From: an uncultured delta proteobacterium
GTDB taxonomy: Bacteria > Myxococcota > B64-G9
Direction of reading: 5' to 3'
Assembly: GCA_963754925.1 (NCBI GenBank)
Contig: CAVWHX010000001.1
Coordinates: 160,001-224,000, forward strand
Length of the DNA: 64,000 bases
The number at the start of each line of letters is the position of its first letter. Positions within the stretch are counted from its first letter, which is position 1. A program made the position numbers and the translations under genes. Below are positions 10,559 through 19,712 of the stretch, piece by piece. A model generated the notes under the pieces. That model saw only the letters and a program-made list of their open reading frames with translations, made no database searches and had not been told where the DNA came from.

Positions 10559-11338
10559 ATGAGTAATCTGATGCCGGTTATTTTCTTCGGACACGGCAAT
10601 CCGATGAACGCAGCGTCAAAGAATGCTTATACCGATAGCTGGGCTTCTATCGGCAAATCCATCCCGCGCCCTAAGTCCGTGCTTTCGATATCCGCTCACT
10701 GGTACCTGCCAACCTGTGCGGTGATGGCCAACCCTTTTCCCCTCACCATCCACGATTTTGGCGGTTTTCCGAGGGAACTGTACCAGATAAAATATCCGGC
10801 GCCAGGCAGTCCCGAACTTGCCCGGCGGGTTAAGGATCTCCTTGACCCTATTTCAGTAAAGCTTGACGAAAGCTGGGGGCTGGATCACGGAACCTGGATG
10901 GTGCTTAAGCACGTTTTTCCAAAGGCTGAGATTCCGGTCGTTCAACTCAGCATCGATGAGAGGCAACCGCCCATATTCCACTATGAAATGGGAAAACGGC
11001 TGGCGGCGCTCCGCGAAGAAGGCGTTTTGGTTATCGGAAGCGGCAATATCGTTCATAATTTAGCCGCTTACGCCTGGGACAAAAAAGAGGTCGAGCCTCT
11101 TGATTGGGCGGTTCGGTTTGAAAAACGCGTGCAGGAGTTGTTGATAAAAGGCGACGATGCCCGGGTCATCCTGTACGAGAGTTTCGGCCGCGATGCTCTC
11201 TTATCTGTTCCAACACGGGATCATTACGTACCGCTTTTGTATGTGCTTGGCCTTCGGAAAGGAAAGGAACGGGTCACGTTTCCCGTGCAAGGGATTGATG
11301 GTGGATCGGTCTCCATGCTTGCGGTCAAAATGGGTTAA
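10559..11338 (+). CDS. ygiD: 4,5-DOPA extradiol dioxygenase (YgiD/LigB family)
   Basis: FFGHGNPMN, ISAHW, TIHDFGGFP, GLDHGTW, PVVQLSID, GSGNIVHNL, HYVPL. Confidence 0.9.
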   Translation: MSNLMPVIFFGHGNPMNAASKNAYTDSWASIGKSIPRPKSVLSISAHWYLPTCAVMANPFPLTIHDFGGFPRELYQIKYPAPGSPELARRVKDLLDPISVKLDESWGLDHGTWMVLKHVFPKAEIPVVQLSIDERQPPIFHYEMGKRLAALREEGVLVIGSGNIVHNLAAYAWDKKEVEPLDWAVRFEKRVQELLIKGDDARVILYESFGRDALLSVPTRDHYVPLLYVLGLRKGKERVTFPVQGIDGGSVSMLAVKMG

Positions 11339-11495
11339 TCATAACAAGCAACAAGCCCGGATCATATTCTTCCTGAATTTTTAATCGGTTAATGCCTCAA
11401 TTTAGCGCAACCCGGAACTAGGTAGAATTCTTTACAATTATTGACGGGAAAGAGAAAACCGAGTTAATTAACTCCCTGGAAGGAGTACGATACGA

Positions 11496-12590
11496 ATGAG
11501 TAATAAGAAAGAATTGACCGCAGCGATGTTTATTGGTGTACGAGGCGAAGGGATCATTTCATTTGGCTCAGGTCAACCGGATTTGCCTCCGCCCAAAGAA
11601 GTCTATGAAATTTTAACCGATTATGCTGGTTTCAAGTACGGTCTGGTACAGGGACAGACGAATTTACGGGAGGCGCTGGCGCAGCAATATCCAGAATCAA
11701 CGGCAGAGAATTTCGTGATTACCAACGGCGCCTCCGAGGCACTGGATTTGGCCCTGCGGGCCATTGGGTGGATGTATGGGCAGAAGAACACCCAAAAACC
11801 GAAATGCCTGCTGTGTCGTCCCTACTATTACTCGTATCTACCGCTGGTGGAGTATGCCGGGTTCGAACCGGTCTTCACCGAGTTAGTTGAAGGCAGAATT
11901 GTCATTGAGGACTTCAAGCGAAAAGTCAGGGATTGCAAAGTGGTATTGATTAATTCTCCCTCTAACCCAACCGGGCGCGTTGAGGCGATCGATACCCTGC
12001 AGAAGATCGAAAAGATCACGGAGGATTTGGGTGTCTACATTTTATCGGATGAAGTTTATAAAGATTTGATTTATGTCCGAGAAAACTATCTGCTCAAAGG
12101 CCCCCACGTCGTCACTATCAACTCTTTTTCCAAGACGTTTGCGATGACTGGCTTTCGGGTTGGGTATTTGTGGTCCTTGGATAAGGAGCTGATTAAGATG
12201 GTTATCGAGATGAAATCGCATACGTCCATGAACACGAGTATTATCGGGCAAGAAATGGCCTATGAGGCCACGAAGGTTCCCCGAAGCTACATCGACGAGC
12301 AGTTGAAAATTTGGGAGTCGCGAAGAGACCTCATTTACAAAGGTCTTCTCGATCTCGGACTTGATCTATGGAAACCCGAAGGGGCATTCTACGTTCTTCC
12401 CAGAATCCGGAACCCACGGGACTTTGTCTGGGAGATGTTTCACCAATACAAAGTCATTACCTATTTGGGAGAATGGTTTGGCGCTCCCGATCGCGTGCGG
12501 TTCTCGTATGCTCTCGATGTCGACAAGATCGAGGAAGGATTAGCAAGAGTCGGTCAGTATCTAAGAAAATCGAAATCGGAAACCCCATAG
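11496..12590 (+). CDS. PLP-dependent aminotransferase class I/II
   Basis: GQPD, TNGASEAL, NSPSNPTG, SDEVY, NSFSKTFAMTGFRVG (PLP Lys), PEGAFY. Confidence 0.92.
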   Translation: MSNKKELTAAMFIGVRGEGIISFGSGQPDLPPPKEVYEILTDYAGFKYGLVQGQTNLREALAQQYPESTAENFVITNGASEALDLALRAIGWMYGQKNTQKPKCLLCRPYYYSYLPLVEYAGFEPVFTELVEGRIVIEDFKRKVRDCKVVLINSPSNPTGRVEAIDTLQKIEKITEDLGVYILSDEVYKDLIYVRENYLLKGPHVVTINSFSKTFAMTGFRVGYLWSLDKELIKMVIEMKSHTSMNTSIIGQEMAYEATKVPRSYIDEQLKIWESRRDLIYKGLLDLGLDLWKPEGAFYVLPRIRNPRDFVWEMFHQYKVITYLGEWFGAPDRVRFSYALDVDKIEEGLARVGQYLRKSKSETP

Positions 12591-12653
12591 ATATACAAGA
12601 TTTCGTCCCCGGATTGACAACTGCTAGTTTAGGAATATGACGGATTCAGGGCA

Positions 12654-14816
12654 TCACGGGACGCAGGTCGCACCCGAGCAGTGCTGTAGGACCGTGGCGC
12701 ACGGTACGTTGCCCGTCAGCTTGATGGCGGTCATTGAAACAGGATTGGGGGTAGTCGTGATGCTGAGGTCGGATGATACTGCTGTTAATGAGCTGCCGTA
12801 GAGGTAGCCCACTACCGCGAGGTTCATGGCGCCGCTCTGGGTGCTCGCGTTGGTCAGCGTCATACCGTTCAGCGCTGCCGTGAGGGTCAAACCAGCGTAT
12901 AGGTCGAAGTTAAGAAGACCACCATTGTACGATATCGGGAGCGTATCGCCGTAGATGCCATCGCCGTCCGAATCAATCGCTCCGGAACAACTGGTGGTGC
13001 CGCTGGCTGGGACGGGGCAGGTATTGGACGCCGGTGCCGGCGGTCCGCCCCAACCGCTGTTGATGGTGAAGGTGGGGAACGTCACGGTGCCGCCGACCGT
13101 CGGGCATACGTTCGTGGTCGTTGACCCGCTCGCGGTTAAGGTTGCGAGCACCGCCGGCTGGTAGGTGATGTCAATCTGAGCGGCGCTGGTTGAGGGGGTG
13201 CTGGTGCTCAACGAGCAGATATCGAACTGCGTGTTGAGGGCACTGCCCGATTTCGTAACGACCACGCGCAGCACGAAGTCAATGGCAGCATCGGTCAAGG
13301 GGTCTCCTAAGAGGTCAGGCGCGGCGATCGAACCCCCGGTCGTGACGCTCGCGATCCAGGTGCCGGTTAGATCGATGCAGGACTGGCAGGTACTGCTACA
13401 GGAGCCCGCGACCGGCGGATCACACTGCTCGCCGGTTTCGATGACGCCGTTGCCGCAGACTGCAAGACAATCGTTGTCATTGGTAGCGTTGCAACCCTTC
13501 GGGCAGCAACCATCGCCGTTCACGCATGCAGAAATCTGAGTGTTCGCGCAGGTGGCCGTGCAGGTGTGGTTGTTCTGCAATACGGAGGTCGTGCACGAAT
13601 CGGGGGGTGTACAGGTCGTTGGGCATGCGCCCGGTTGACCCGCGGCGATTGCCGTGTCGCAGGTCTCGCCGGTCTCAAGCACGCCGTTGCCGCAGCAGGG
13701 TACGATAGGCGTATTGACGCACTTGGCCGTGCAGGCGTTTCCCTGCAACACAGAGGTCGTGCAAGCATTGGGAGCCGTACAGCTCGTTGGGCAGGCGCCC
13801 GGTTGACCCGCGGAGATTGCCGTGTCGCAGGTCTCGCCGCTGTCCACCACGCCATTTCCACACAAATTTCCGATTGTCTTGCAGTTGGCGTCGCAGGTCA
13901 CCGTATTGGGTGGCTCACAGGTCTCGGGGGCCGTAACACAACCATCACCGCAGACAGCAACCGTGATGGTCGCATCCACGCATTGGGCTGTGCAATCGGC
14001 CGCCGTTCCCGTCAACGTCGAAGTCTTGCAGGGGTCGGACGGCTTTGGACAAGCCGTCGGGCAGGCCCCCGGCTGTCCCGCCGTAATTCCGTTGTCGCAT
14101 TTCTCGCCAGTCTCAAGAATCCCGTTGCCGCAAACGGGACCCACGCCGCCGCCGCAGGTAACATCAACCGACAGCGAGTCGTCAGTGCAACCCGCAGTAC
14201 TTACGGTGATAGTCAAAGTTTTGTTTCCTGATACACTGCACTGGTAGGTGGTGTTAGCCGCAGTGGCATCCGCAAATGAGCCGCCACCCGTGGCCGTCCA
14301 CGTGTAGGTCAATGCGCCGGTGCCTAAATTCTTGGCGGTTGTGCTGACGTGAATCGTGCCTCCGAGATCAACCGTGGTAGGTGAAACCACCATGGAGGTG
14401 ATCGTTGGGCAGAGTATAAATTGGCCCGTAATATCAGCGCCACCCCGTTTCGGTGGGGTGCTCGAGCACTGTATCGGAACCGTCACCGTCGTGGTTTGGC
14501 TCTCGATTACGTCGAACTGAGCGGTGCCAGTACATTGAGCATCCGCTGTAGAGAGCGTAATGCTGTAACCGACCCCAACAGGAACTCCAGATATCAACAA
14601 TTCTACAGGATTTGACACAATCGTAATCGTGCCGGTGATGGGATCAATACTATTTCCGGTGACCACGTAATTAATTTCACTTTCATCGACGCCCGGCGCG
14701 ATCACCAACTTAGTTGACAGCTCGCCTTTGGGTCCTGCCCCTACGATGCCGTTTGCGCAGCCGGTGAAGGCCACCACGAGAACACTCAGCAATACTAATC
14801 GAAAATATGAATTCAT
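12654..14816 (-). CDS. Cys-rich surface lipoprotein with an Ig/PKD-like domain, myxobacterial CGNG..E.CD repeats and a conserved C-terminal domain
   Basis: Lipobox ...VVAFTGC, LTYTWTATGGGSF (PKD-like), multiple CGNGxxExGExCD repeats, C-terminal DSDGDG motif. Confidence 0.8.
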   Translation of the reverse strand: MNSYFRLVLLSVLVVAFTGCANGIVGAGPKGELSTKLVIAPGVDESEINYVVTGNSIDPITGTITIVSNPVELLISGVPVGVGYSITLSTADAQCTGTAQFDVIESQTTTVTVPIQCSSTPPKRGGADITGQFILCPTITSMVVSPTTVDLGGTIHVSTTAKNLGTGALTYTWTATGGGSFADATAANTTYQCSVSGNKTLTITVSTAGCTDDSLSVDVTCGGGVGPVCGNGILETGEKCDNGITAGQPGACPTACPKPSDPCKTSTLTGTAADCTAQCVDATITVAVCGDGCVTAPETCEPPNTVTCDANCKTIGNLCGNGVVDSGETCDTAISAGQPGACPTSCTAPNACTTSVLQGNACTAKCVNTPIVPCCGNGVLETGETCDTAIAAGQPGACPTTCTPPDSCTTSVLQNNHTCTATCANTQISACVNGDGCCPKGCNATNDNDCLAVCGNGVIETGEQCDPPVAGSCSSTCQSCIDLTGTWIASVTTGGSIAAPDLLGDPLTDAAIDFVLRVVVTKSGSALNTQFDICSLSTSTPSTSAAQIDITYQPAVLATLTASGSTTTNVCPTVGGTVTFPTFTINSGWGGPPAPASNTCPVPASGTTSCSGAIDSDGDGIYGDTLPISYNGGLLNFDLYAGLTLTAALNGMTLTNASTQSGAMNLAVVGYLYGSSLTAVSSDLSITTTPNPVSMTAIKLTGNVPCATVLQHCSGATCVP
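12692..13427. repeat. Copy 1 of a ~0.74-kb near-identical block shared with 15382..16118
   Basis: 12692-13323 matches 15382-16014 apart from one extra A at ~15603. A short divergent patch follows, then high identity resumes to 13427/16118. Confidence 0.9.
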
Positions 14817-15057
14817 GGTACTGTTCTTCTCCTTCCCCCCAGCGAGGGTTGAAGACTAGTAAATTCATTAGAAGGCGGTTTCATCCTACACCATGCATCA
14901 CATCGGTATTCTTTTTAGTAAAAGATCAATTGTTTCGACTCGTAATACACTTTTCGCGCCGAAAAAAACCCTTTTATCTAGTACAAAAAATAGTGTACGA
15001 GCCGTGAAGTCTTACTCTCACGCTTCTCAGGAAGTCAAAATAATACACTCAGACTAG

Positions 15058-15086
15058 ATTAAAATGCCCCAGAGACCTAAAGTCAA
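15058..15086 (-). promoter_or_regulatory. Putative sigma70-type promoter of the 12654..14816 gene
   Basis: TTGACT-N17-TTTAAT on the - strand. A parallel element lies upstream of the paralog. Confidence 0.45.
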
Positions 15087-15346
15087 TAGAAAAAATCGTT
15101 CAGTTATAAATAGTATCGCCGGGATAAACGGGGAATTGGAATTATGAAAGACTAACTATATCTTATAGTTATCAAGATCACTGGGTGTATGCGTCTATAT
15201 ATATTTTTGGATAGAGCAACTCCACTATTTTAAATTTCCTGCATAATTGTAACTCGTTGGCATGTATCGATGTCTCCTGACAGGGATAGAAGCGCCGGCC
15301 CAAGATGGACCGGCGTTTCCTATGCCGACAAAGGGAATTCAGAATA

Positions 15347-18300
15347 CTAGTTACAAGTCCCGCTGCTACAGTGCGAAATGGCCGTGGCGCACGGTACGTT
15401 GCCCGTCAGCTTGATGGCGGTCATTGAAACAGGATTGGGGGTAGTCGTGATGCTGAGGTCGGATGATACTGCTGTTAATGAGCTGCCGTAGAGGTAGCCC
15501 ACTACCGCGAGGTTCATGGCGCCGCTCTGGGTGCTCGCGTTGGTCAGCGTCATACCGTTCAGCGCTGCCGTGAGGGTCAAACCAGCGTATAGGTCGAAGT
15601 TAAAGAAGACCACCATTGTACGATATCGGGAGCGTATCGCCGTAGATGCCATCGCCGTCCGAATCAATCGCTCCGGAACAACTGGTGGTGCCGCTGGCTG
15701 GGACGGGGCAGGTATTGGACGCCGGTGCCGGCGGTCCGCCCCAACCGCTGTTGATGGTGAAGGTGGGGAACGTCACGGTGCCGCCGACCGTCGGGCATAC
15801 GTTCGTGGTCGTTGACCCGCTCGCGGTTAAGGTTGCGAGCACCGCCGGCTGGTAGGTGATGTCAATCTGAGCGGCGCTGGTTGAGGGGGTGCTGGTGCTC
15901 AACGAGCAGATATCGAACTGCGTGTTGAGGGCACTGCCCGATTTCGTAACGACCACGCGCAGCACGAAGTCAATGGCAGCATCGGTCAAGGGGTCTCCTA
16001 AGAGGTCAGGCGCGTCGATTATACCCGGAGTCGTAATGCGCGCGATCCAGGTGCCGGTTAGATCGACGCAGGACTGGCAGGTACTGCTGCAGGAGCCCGC
16101 GACCGGCGGATCACACTGTTCATTGCCCGAAACACAACCGTCGCCGCAGACAGAAGTTTTACAGTCGCTGTCGTTACAAGGGGTACACCCAGCCGGGCAG
16201 CAGCCGTCGCTCGTCATGCTGCAGGCCGTGATCGGTGTATTGCTACAGCCCGCCGCAGCGCTGCAACTATCGGCGGTGCAGGCATTTCCATCGTTGCAAT
16301 TCATGCCGGTGCCGGTAGTGCACGTTCCCAATTGGCACGTCTTCGGAGTCCACTGGAGACCGTTGCACGAAGTCCCGCAGTCGGCACCGTCAGCTTTAGT
16401 CGGGTTCGAGCACACGCCGGTGGATGGGTTGCACGTTCCTGCCGTGTGACACTGATCCAAGGCAGTGCACACTACCGGGTTTGAGCCCGTGCAGATACCG
16501 GACTGACAGGTGTCGGTCTGGGTGCAGGCGTTACCGTCATTGCAAGCGGTGCCGTTGGTCTGATTCGGATTCGAGCACACGCCGGTGGATGGGTTGCAGG
16601 TCCCTGCCGTGTGACATTGATCCGATGCCGTGCACACTACCGGGTTTGAGCCCGTGCAGATACCGGACTGACAGGTATCGGTCTGGGTGCAGGCGTTACC
16701 GTCATTGCAAGCGGTGCCGTTGGTCTGATTCGGATTCGAGCACACGCCGGTGGATGGGTTGCAGGTTCCCGCCACGTGGCACTGATCCGATGCCGTGCAC
16801 ACTACCGGGTTTGAGCCCGTGCAGATACCGGACTGACAGGTGTCGGTCTGGGTGCAGGCGTTGCCGTCGTTGCAAGCGGTGCCGTTGGTCACGCTGCTAT
16901 GGGTACAAGCCGCATTACAATTGGAAGCGCTTCCCGTCAGGATGTCCGTCGTGCATACGTTGCCGTCATCGCAGCTGGTCGGGCAAGCGCCCGGTTGACC
17001 TGCAGCGATCTTGCTGTCGCAGGTCTCGCCGCCCGAAACACAGCCGTCGCCGCAGACAGAAGTTTTACAGTCGCTGTCGTTGCACGGGGTGCACCCAGCC
17101 GGGCAGCAGCCGTCGCCGTTCACGCATGCCGTAATCGCCGTGTGGGTGCACTTGACGTTGCAGGTCGATGCACTCCCCGTCATAGTGTCAATGGTGCAGG
17201 CGTTGCTATCGTCGCAGCTCGTCGGGCAGTTGCCGTCGCAGGTCTCGCCGCAGGCTGTTTCAACCACGCCGTTTCCACAAGTGCAATTGCAATCGGTGTC
17301 GTTGTTCCTGTTACACCCGGTCGGGCAACAGCCGTCGCCATTCACGCAGGCCGTAATCGCTGTGTGGGTACAGGTTACATTACAGAGTGCCGCGCTTCCC
17401 GTCAGGGTGTCGGTCGTGCACGCATTATTATCATTGCAGCTCGTCGGGCAGTTGCCGTCGCAGGTCTCGCCGTTCTCTGTAATGCCGTTACCGCAGCAGG
17501 GGACGATGGGTGTGAACGTGCACTTAGCCGAGCAGTCCGCGGCGCTTCCCGAAAGGGTATCCGTGGTGCACACATTGTTATCATTGCAGCTCGTCGGGCA
17601 GGCGCCGGTGCCGGAAATAATTGCTTTGTCGCAGTTCTCACCGGCCTCGACTATGCCGTTGCCGCAGCAGGGGGTGATAGTCGTAACCACGCAGTTGGCC
17701 GTGCAGGCGGAGCCTGAAAGCGTCGAGGTGTGGCAAGCGTCAGGAGCCGTGCAGCTCGTCGGGCAGGCGCCGGCGCCAGAGGTGATTGCTTTGTCGCAGT
17801 TCTCGCCGGCCTCGACTATGCCGTTGCCGCAGCAGGGGGTGATAGTCGTAACCACGCACTTGGCCGTGCAGGCGGAGCCTGAAAGCGTCGAGGTGTGGCA
17901 AGCGTCAGGAGCCGTGCAGCTCGTTGGGCAGGCGCCTGGTTGACCCGCGGCGATTGCGGTATCGCAGTTCTCGCCAGAGTCGACCGTGCCGTTGCCGCAA
18001 CAGGGGGTAATCGCCGCAACAACGCACTGGGTTGTGCAGGCGGAGCCTGAAAGCGTCGAGGTGTGGCAGGCGTCAGGAGCCGTGCAGCTCGTCGGGCAGG
18101 CGCCCGTTTGACCCGCAGGGATGGCGGTGTCGCAGGTCTCGCCAGTCGAAACTTTGCCGTCGCCGCAGGTAACCGTCGAAGTTCCCGCGCACTCATCAAG
18201 CTTGGGGTCGGCAATCGGTGTCTTGGTGCTCTTGAGTGTTATATCCAGTACCACCGCGGCCCCGCCGAGCACCGGGATGGTGCTCGGAATCTTCATATTG

Positions 18301-18872
18301 AGCACTTGATGGATATTCACCCCGGTCCCCTGTGTCATGAGGTTAATCAGCCCATTGAGGTCGAGATTAGTAACCGTGGCGCCGATGTTGAGTGTCAGGG
18401 GAACGGGAGGGATGCCTAAGGTGCTTGATATAGCCGGGTTCAGAGATTTTGTCTCTGTGGGAATAGTAATTAAAATAGTGGCAGTTCCCAGGGCGATGGG
18501 CCGCAGGTAAGCGATGCCACCCGCCGACGCGCTTGCCGGAATGGAGGTGCACAAGGTCCCGGTTGAAATCGTCCCAAAATTTACGGCGGTACCCGCCGCG
18601 GCGTAACTGCTCACCTTCACCGTAGCAGGTGCGCCGAAGAACGACACCAATTGGTTGGTATCGACCGTGATGGTTGTATTAAAGTTGCCTACGAAATTAC
18701 TTTTTACCGTTCCACCGCCCAAGGACGTCGGAAGATTGATGGACAAGGTGTTGCTCGCCGCTGGATCAAGCACCAGCGATACGGGATACGTGATCTTTCC
18801 GCACGCAGCAATGAGACTCACACACATCAATGTTACCGCGAACATCGACCCAATCATTTTCTTCATAGCCAT
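15347..18872 (-). CDS. Large Cys-rich surface lipoprotein (~1170 aa) with tandem Cys repeats; the frameshift at ~15603 is an apparent sequencing indel
   Basis: GAGGAGG RBS before ATG 18872 and lipobox ...SLIAAC. Has CGNG and CNDGNACT(Q/T)D repeats. ORFs 15600..18887 and 15347..15667 join if the extra A, absent from the paralog, is removed. Confidence 0.8.
15382..16118. repeat. Copy 2 of the ~0.74-kb near-identical block
   Basis: Direct alignment with 12692..13427. Confidence 0.9.
16404..16889. repeat. Intragenic 165-bp (55-aa) tandem repeat, ~3 copies
   Basis: gactgacagg recurs at 16501, 16666 and 16831. Protein unit NGTACNDGNACTQTDTCQSGICTGSNPVVCTASDQCHxAGTCNPSTGVCSNP. Confidence 0.9.
17620..18140. 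repeat. Intragenic ~165-171-bp tandem repeat, ~3 copies
   Basis: ccggcctcgactatg occurs at 17641 and 17806. Protein unit CPTSCTAPDACHTSTLSGSACT...ITPCCGNG. Confidence 0.85.
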
Positions 18873-19112
18873 GGTATTCCTCCTCATTCATGGTATATAG
18901 GGAAGGGTAGGCCGCCCCCCATCCTCTTTGCAGACGAGTAACGTCTTTCACCTCCCTCGCATCGAGGACATAGGTTTTTTTTTATTGGGATACAGTGACA
19001 CACGAGCAACAAGTTCCCTCTTTCAATCTGTTATCAGATCATTACGGATCCGTTGTCAGATCACTTTTGCTTTGTTGTCCGATCTCAAAAATACTAGGTA
19101 TCTATGTTGCCG

Positions 19113-19141
19113 AATAAAATACGTTGTAGATGTAAAGTCAA
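19113..19141 (-). promoter_or_regulatory. Putative promoter of the 15347..18872 gene
   Basis: TTGACT-N17-TTTATT on the - strand, with the same spacing and context (TTGACTTTA...ATTTTA) as 15058..15086. Confidence 0.4.
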
Positions 19142-19595
19142 CAAAAATATAGACTAACAAAATTGTCTCGTTAATCTTATGAGTAACCGAAACACTTCAT
19201 TTCGTTTATATTATGATTAATTATATTATATATCAATATGTTATTATGATAGTGTCGAGTCATATTTTGCTATATATAATTCAGGATTATATTAATCCAT
19301 AATTGTAGCTTTTCAGTATTTAGGTTATACCAGGGCTTCTTTTGATGAAAGAAAAGAAAGATCTTATGTCTCTGGTAGAAGCCGTCAAAGTTACGTAGTG
19401 GGTCCGTTTGCCGGGTCGTTCGACGAATACCAAGAGCCAACATGAAAATGACCTACTACCAGAAAATGACAGCACCGCCTTTTCGATGTATAGTCGGGTA
19501 TCATTGCGAATAAAGATTAATCGGGAGGATAAGTTCTGCCGAGGACTCAAATACTCATTGAAACTATTTGATGATCTCGATACCATTCAACCTGC

Positions 19596-19670
19596 TAGAG
19601 ACTGTAGCGAGCGAAGCGAGGCGTATAAGAGATTGTTGACGAACGAAGTGAGGATTATAAGCTCCTATCC
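19596..19670 (+). repeat. Degenerate TAGAG hairpin-element copies
   Basis: tagagactgtagcgagcgaagcgaggc..., then aagagattgttgacgaacgaagtgagg...ttataagctcctatcc. Confidence 0.5.
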
Positions 19671-19712
19671 TATGGACAGTTTCTCGGCCTGCGGAAGTGT
19701 GAGGAGACAATA

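Noticed and set aside
12692..16118. Diversity-generating retroelement (TR/VR pair) explaining the duplicated C-termini
   Set aside because: No reverse transcriptase in the window, both copies are coding, and the differences are not adenine-specific (e.g. GG/CC, C/T).
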